A stretch of DNA of 64,000 nucleotides from Lama guanicoe (Eukaryota). Under the pieces are notes generated by a model. That model was not told where the DNA came from. It was given only the letters and a program-made list of their open reading frames with translations, and searched no databases. The first letter of the stretch is position 1, and each line of letters begins with the position of its first letter. Position numbers and translations under genes: made by a program. Shown here one piece after another: positions 61,213 through 64,000 of the stretch. Location of the stretch: positions 3,805,922 through 3,869,921 of the forward strand of contig MU053482.1 in the NCBI GenBank assembly GCA_013239625.1. The letters run 5' to 3'.

Positions 61213-62729
61213 GAGAGAGGGTAGGGGAAGAAAGGAATCACAGAGTGTCAAGACCTCGCACATTAGTAAATGTTCATTGAATGAAGATGTAACAAATGGA
61301 CCAAGCTTGGTGATGGAGACCCCTGTGAGAGGCCGGGTAAGGGGATCTGGGCTGACAGGAAGCTGTCACGTGGTGTCTGGTTCTGGGCTAGGGTTTGGAA
61401 CTTGGCTTGGGAAGCCAGGCCCTCCTACAGTCCAGTCCTCTGCTGTGGCCCCCTTGTATGTGGCCCCTTCCTCTTTTGGGAGATTCAGGTCAATCCTGCC
61501 GTAATGTTGAGGGCTGGAGTTGAGAGGTGGTGGGGCTAGAGAGAGTCCTTCCTTATTCTCTGGTTAGGATACAGGCCCCAGGATACATTAGCTCTGGATA
61601 GGGGTGGGGAGAGTGGATGCCGGGAAGAACATCCCATCTGATTGTCCTCAGCCTATTTCCAGCCTCAGCCCCAGCCTTTCCCAAGAGCTAGGGCAGCACG
61701 GGTGCAGCAAGGTCTCTATTAACTACTGATTTAGGCTTCCCGCCAGGGAGCCTCATGCTGGCTGAAGGCGGCCATCCCCAGCTAGCTCAGCTGTTTCCAA
61801 ACCAAGCCTGTCAGCAATGTGATTGGGAGAAGGAAAGCCTTGTCAAAGGCAGCCGGATTCTGCCTCTAGATGTCAAGGAGAAAAGGAGAGGGGAGGATGT
61901 GGAGGAGAGTCCTCTCAGAGGCTGCAATCAAGATCAGGTTGTTCTTAATTAAGACAGCTCCAGGCAGCACATTTCCATAATTCCCCATTAAAGGGTCCTG
62001 ATGTATGAGTCACTGTGGGAGCCGTGGTTTTTCGAGTCAGCACTGTTCCGTGTCTGAGGCTCCTTAAGTCAAAAAGCCAATCCATTTCCATCACCCAGGC
62101 TTTCTGAGCAACTGGGATGTGCCTGGCCCTGTGCCAGATGCTGGGCCCAGCCTACAGAGGGACACAGCAATGTATGTGGCCTTAATCCCTGCCCCCCAGA
62201 CAAAAGCCGCAGCTAGACCCTGACCTCGGAGGAGGATCAGGGATTCAGGAGCTGTTGGGTGGTGTGAGATACTCCAGGTGGGCTCGGTCCTTCCTGTGAT
62301 GACAGGGAGGTAGCATGGGACCGAGGGAAGCCTACTGGATTTGAAGATGGAAGGTCTGAGTTTCATTCATTCAGCAAAACTTGTCTCACAGCAACCTCTC
62401 ACAAAATAGGGTGTGCTCTGCAAGATAGTGAAGGGGATGGTTCCTCACAAGACTGCCTATCTTGGCCATGTTCCTGGGAGGACACCAGGGTGTTGTGCAG
62501 AGATAGGGGTCAGACCCTGGGGAAGCCTTGCCTATATGGCCCACGTGGAAATGTGCAAGGTCATCGTGCAGCCATGGCAGAGCTGCTCCTCTACAAAATG
62601 CTTTTGAAAACTTTGGTGAAATAGTTAATTAGAAAAATGCATGATGCCAAAAGTGACTCAGCAAGAATCGGGATACGTGATGCGGCCTGTAACTGTGAAA
62701 CGAACTAGAATAATAATTAATAATCTAAT

Positions 62730-63750
62730 TCAAATCTACTGGGCGTAGATGTTTTTACAGGAGAGTTCTAGGAAGTCTTCAAAAATCATATAATCCCTCT
62801 GAAACTAATTCAGATAATACACAAAGAGAGAAAGTTACCATTGTGAGCTAGTTAACAAAAAACAGAGAAGGAGAAAACAAGAAACAGATTATGGAGTAAC
62901 CTCTCTTATTCACACAGATGCACAAATCCTGGGTAAACCAGTTGTGTTAAGAAAGATACTACACCCAGGTCGGGTTTATCTCTGGAATATAAATGTTCAA
63001 TATGAGAGAATTTTTTGGTGTAATTCACCTCATTGACAAATTAAAAGAAAATTCATATGATTTTCTTAATGCAGAAAAGTATCCTATGAATGTATTTATA
63101 AATCATTTATGATTATATATAATAGAGTACCTATTATTTATAATATAAATTACCAATTTATTGTTGCCATTATTAAAATTATTAGAAAATTAGAAATGGA
63201 AGAAAATCATCATGATCTGATACAGAGTATCAAAGCCCCAAAGGGCGCAAGCGGAAGCAGACCAAAGGTAATTTTGGAGAAGAAGCAGGTTTGGTGGGGG
63301 AGCTATAGATTACGTGACTAGATATCCAGACTTTTTATAAAAAACCATGTGTTATTGGGAGAGGGATAGAAAAGCAGACCAACAGGAGAGCCCAGAAGCA
63401 GCCCCGCGTACACGGCCGATGTGGCATAATAAACTGGTGAGGATAGGAGAGACCACCAATAAATCAATTAGTTATTTACATAGGAAAATAAAGTTACATC
63501 CCCACCTTTCACCAAATGCAAAAATATATTCCAGATAGGCTAAAGAGATAAATGGAAAAGCAAAACTATGATACTTTTGGAAGAAAATACAAGAGAATAT
63601 CTTTGAGGTTTTTTGGTTAGGTAGCAATATCTTCTATAAATTAGAAAAAGCAAAACCAGAAAAAGATTGCCGAGGTTGACCACCTTAAAACTGAAAGCCA
63701 TACCATAAGTCAAATGCAATGACAAGACCTAGATTGGGAGATTTTCTTCA
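62730..63750 (+). mobile_element. Ancient L1M ORF2 remnants
   Basis: cacagatgcacaaatcct, gggtttatctctggaat, aatgcagaaaag, ccaaggtaattttggagaag motifs in L1 order. Confidence 0.75.
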
Positions 63751-63780
63751 GTCCAAGTTGAATTAACATTCAGTATATCA

Positions 63781-64000
63781 TCACAGACATAGAAAACAAA
63801 CTCATGGTTACCAGAGGGCAAAGGGGGTGGAGAGGGATAAATTGCGAGTTGGAGATTGTAGATACTAACCACTATATATAAAATAGACAAACAACAAGGT
63901 CACACTGTATAACACAGGGAACTATATTCAGTATCTCGTAATAACCTATAATGAAAAAGAATACGAAGAGGAATATACATGTATAACTGAATCCCTATGC
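63781..64000 (+). mobile_element. LINE-1 3'UTR, cut by the window end
   Basis: tcacagacatagaaaacaaactcatggttaccag...gggaactatattcagtatct. Confidence 0.92.

Noticed and set aside
1..64000. CRISPR arrays, operons, defence systems or other prokaryotic/viral systems
   Set aside because: Sequence is mammalian (L1, MIR, MaLR, camelid SINE). I saw no regularly spaced repeat-spacer array and no long gene-dense ORFs.

Overview
Repeat-rich mammalian genomic DNA, almost certainly camelid (alpaca/camel/llama). It carries five copies of the camelid-type tRNA-derived SINE (vic-1-like) and I saw no ruminant BovB/Bov-A or pig PRE SINEs. The window reads as intergenic or intronic: 5'-truncated LINE-1 copies (several with target-site duplications, TSDs), ancient L1M/L2/MIR relics, MaLR (MLT1) and other ERV LTRs, MER5/MER46-type DNA transposons, microsatellites and one 141-N gap. 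I cannot name any protein-coding gene. The ORF track is explained by L1 ORF2 remnants, low-complexity sequence and chance ORFs, except for one unidentified coding-like exon pair at 26-826. There is no evidence for a prokaryotic-type or otherwise novel biological system. The best-supported unusual observations are (1) a ~0.5 kb segment shared between two MLT1D LTR loci 13.5 kb apart, giving one LTR two copies of its end; (2) a retroposed mRNA 3'UTR fragment at 39468-39859; (3) a CpG-rich patch built from ancient LTRs at ~56770-57400. Repeat subfamily names come from recalled consensus features, not a database search, and most repeat boundaries are approximate.
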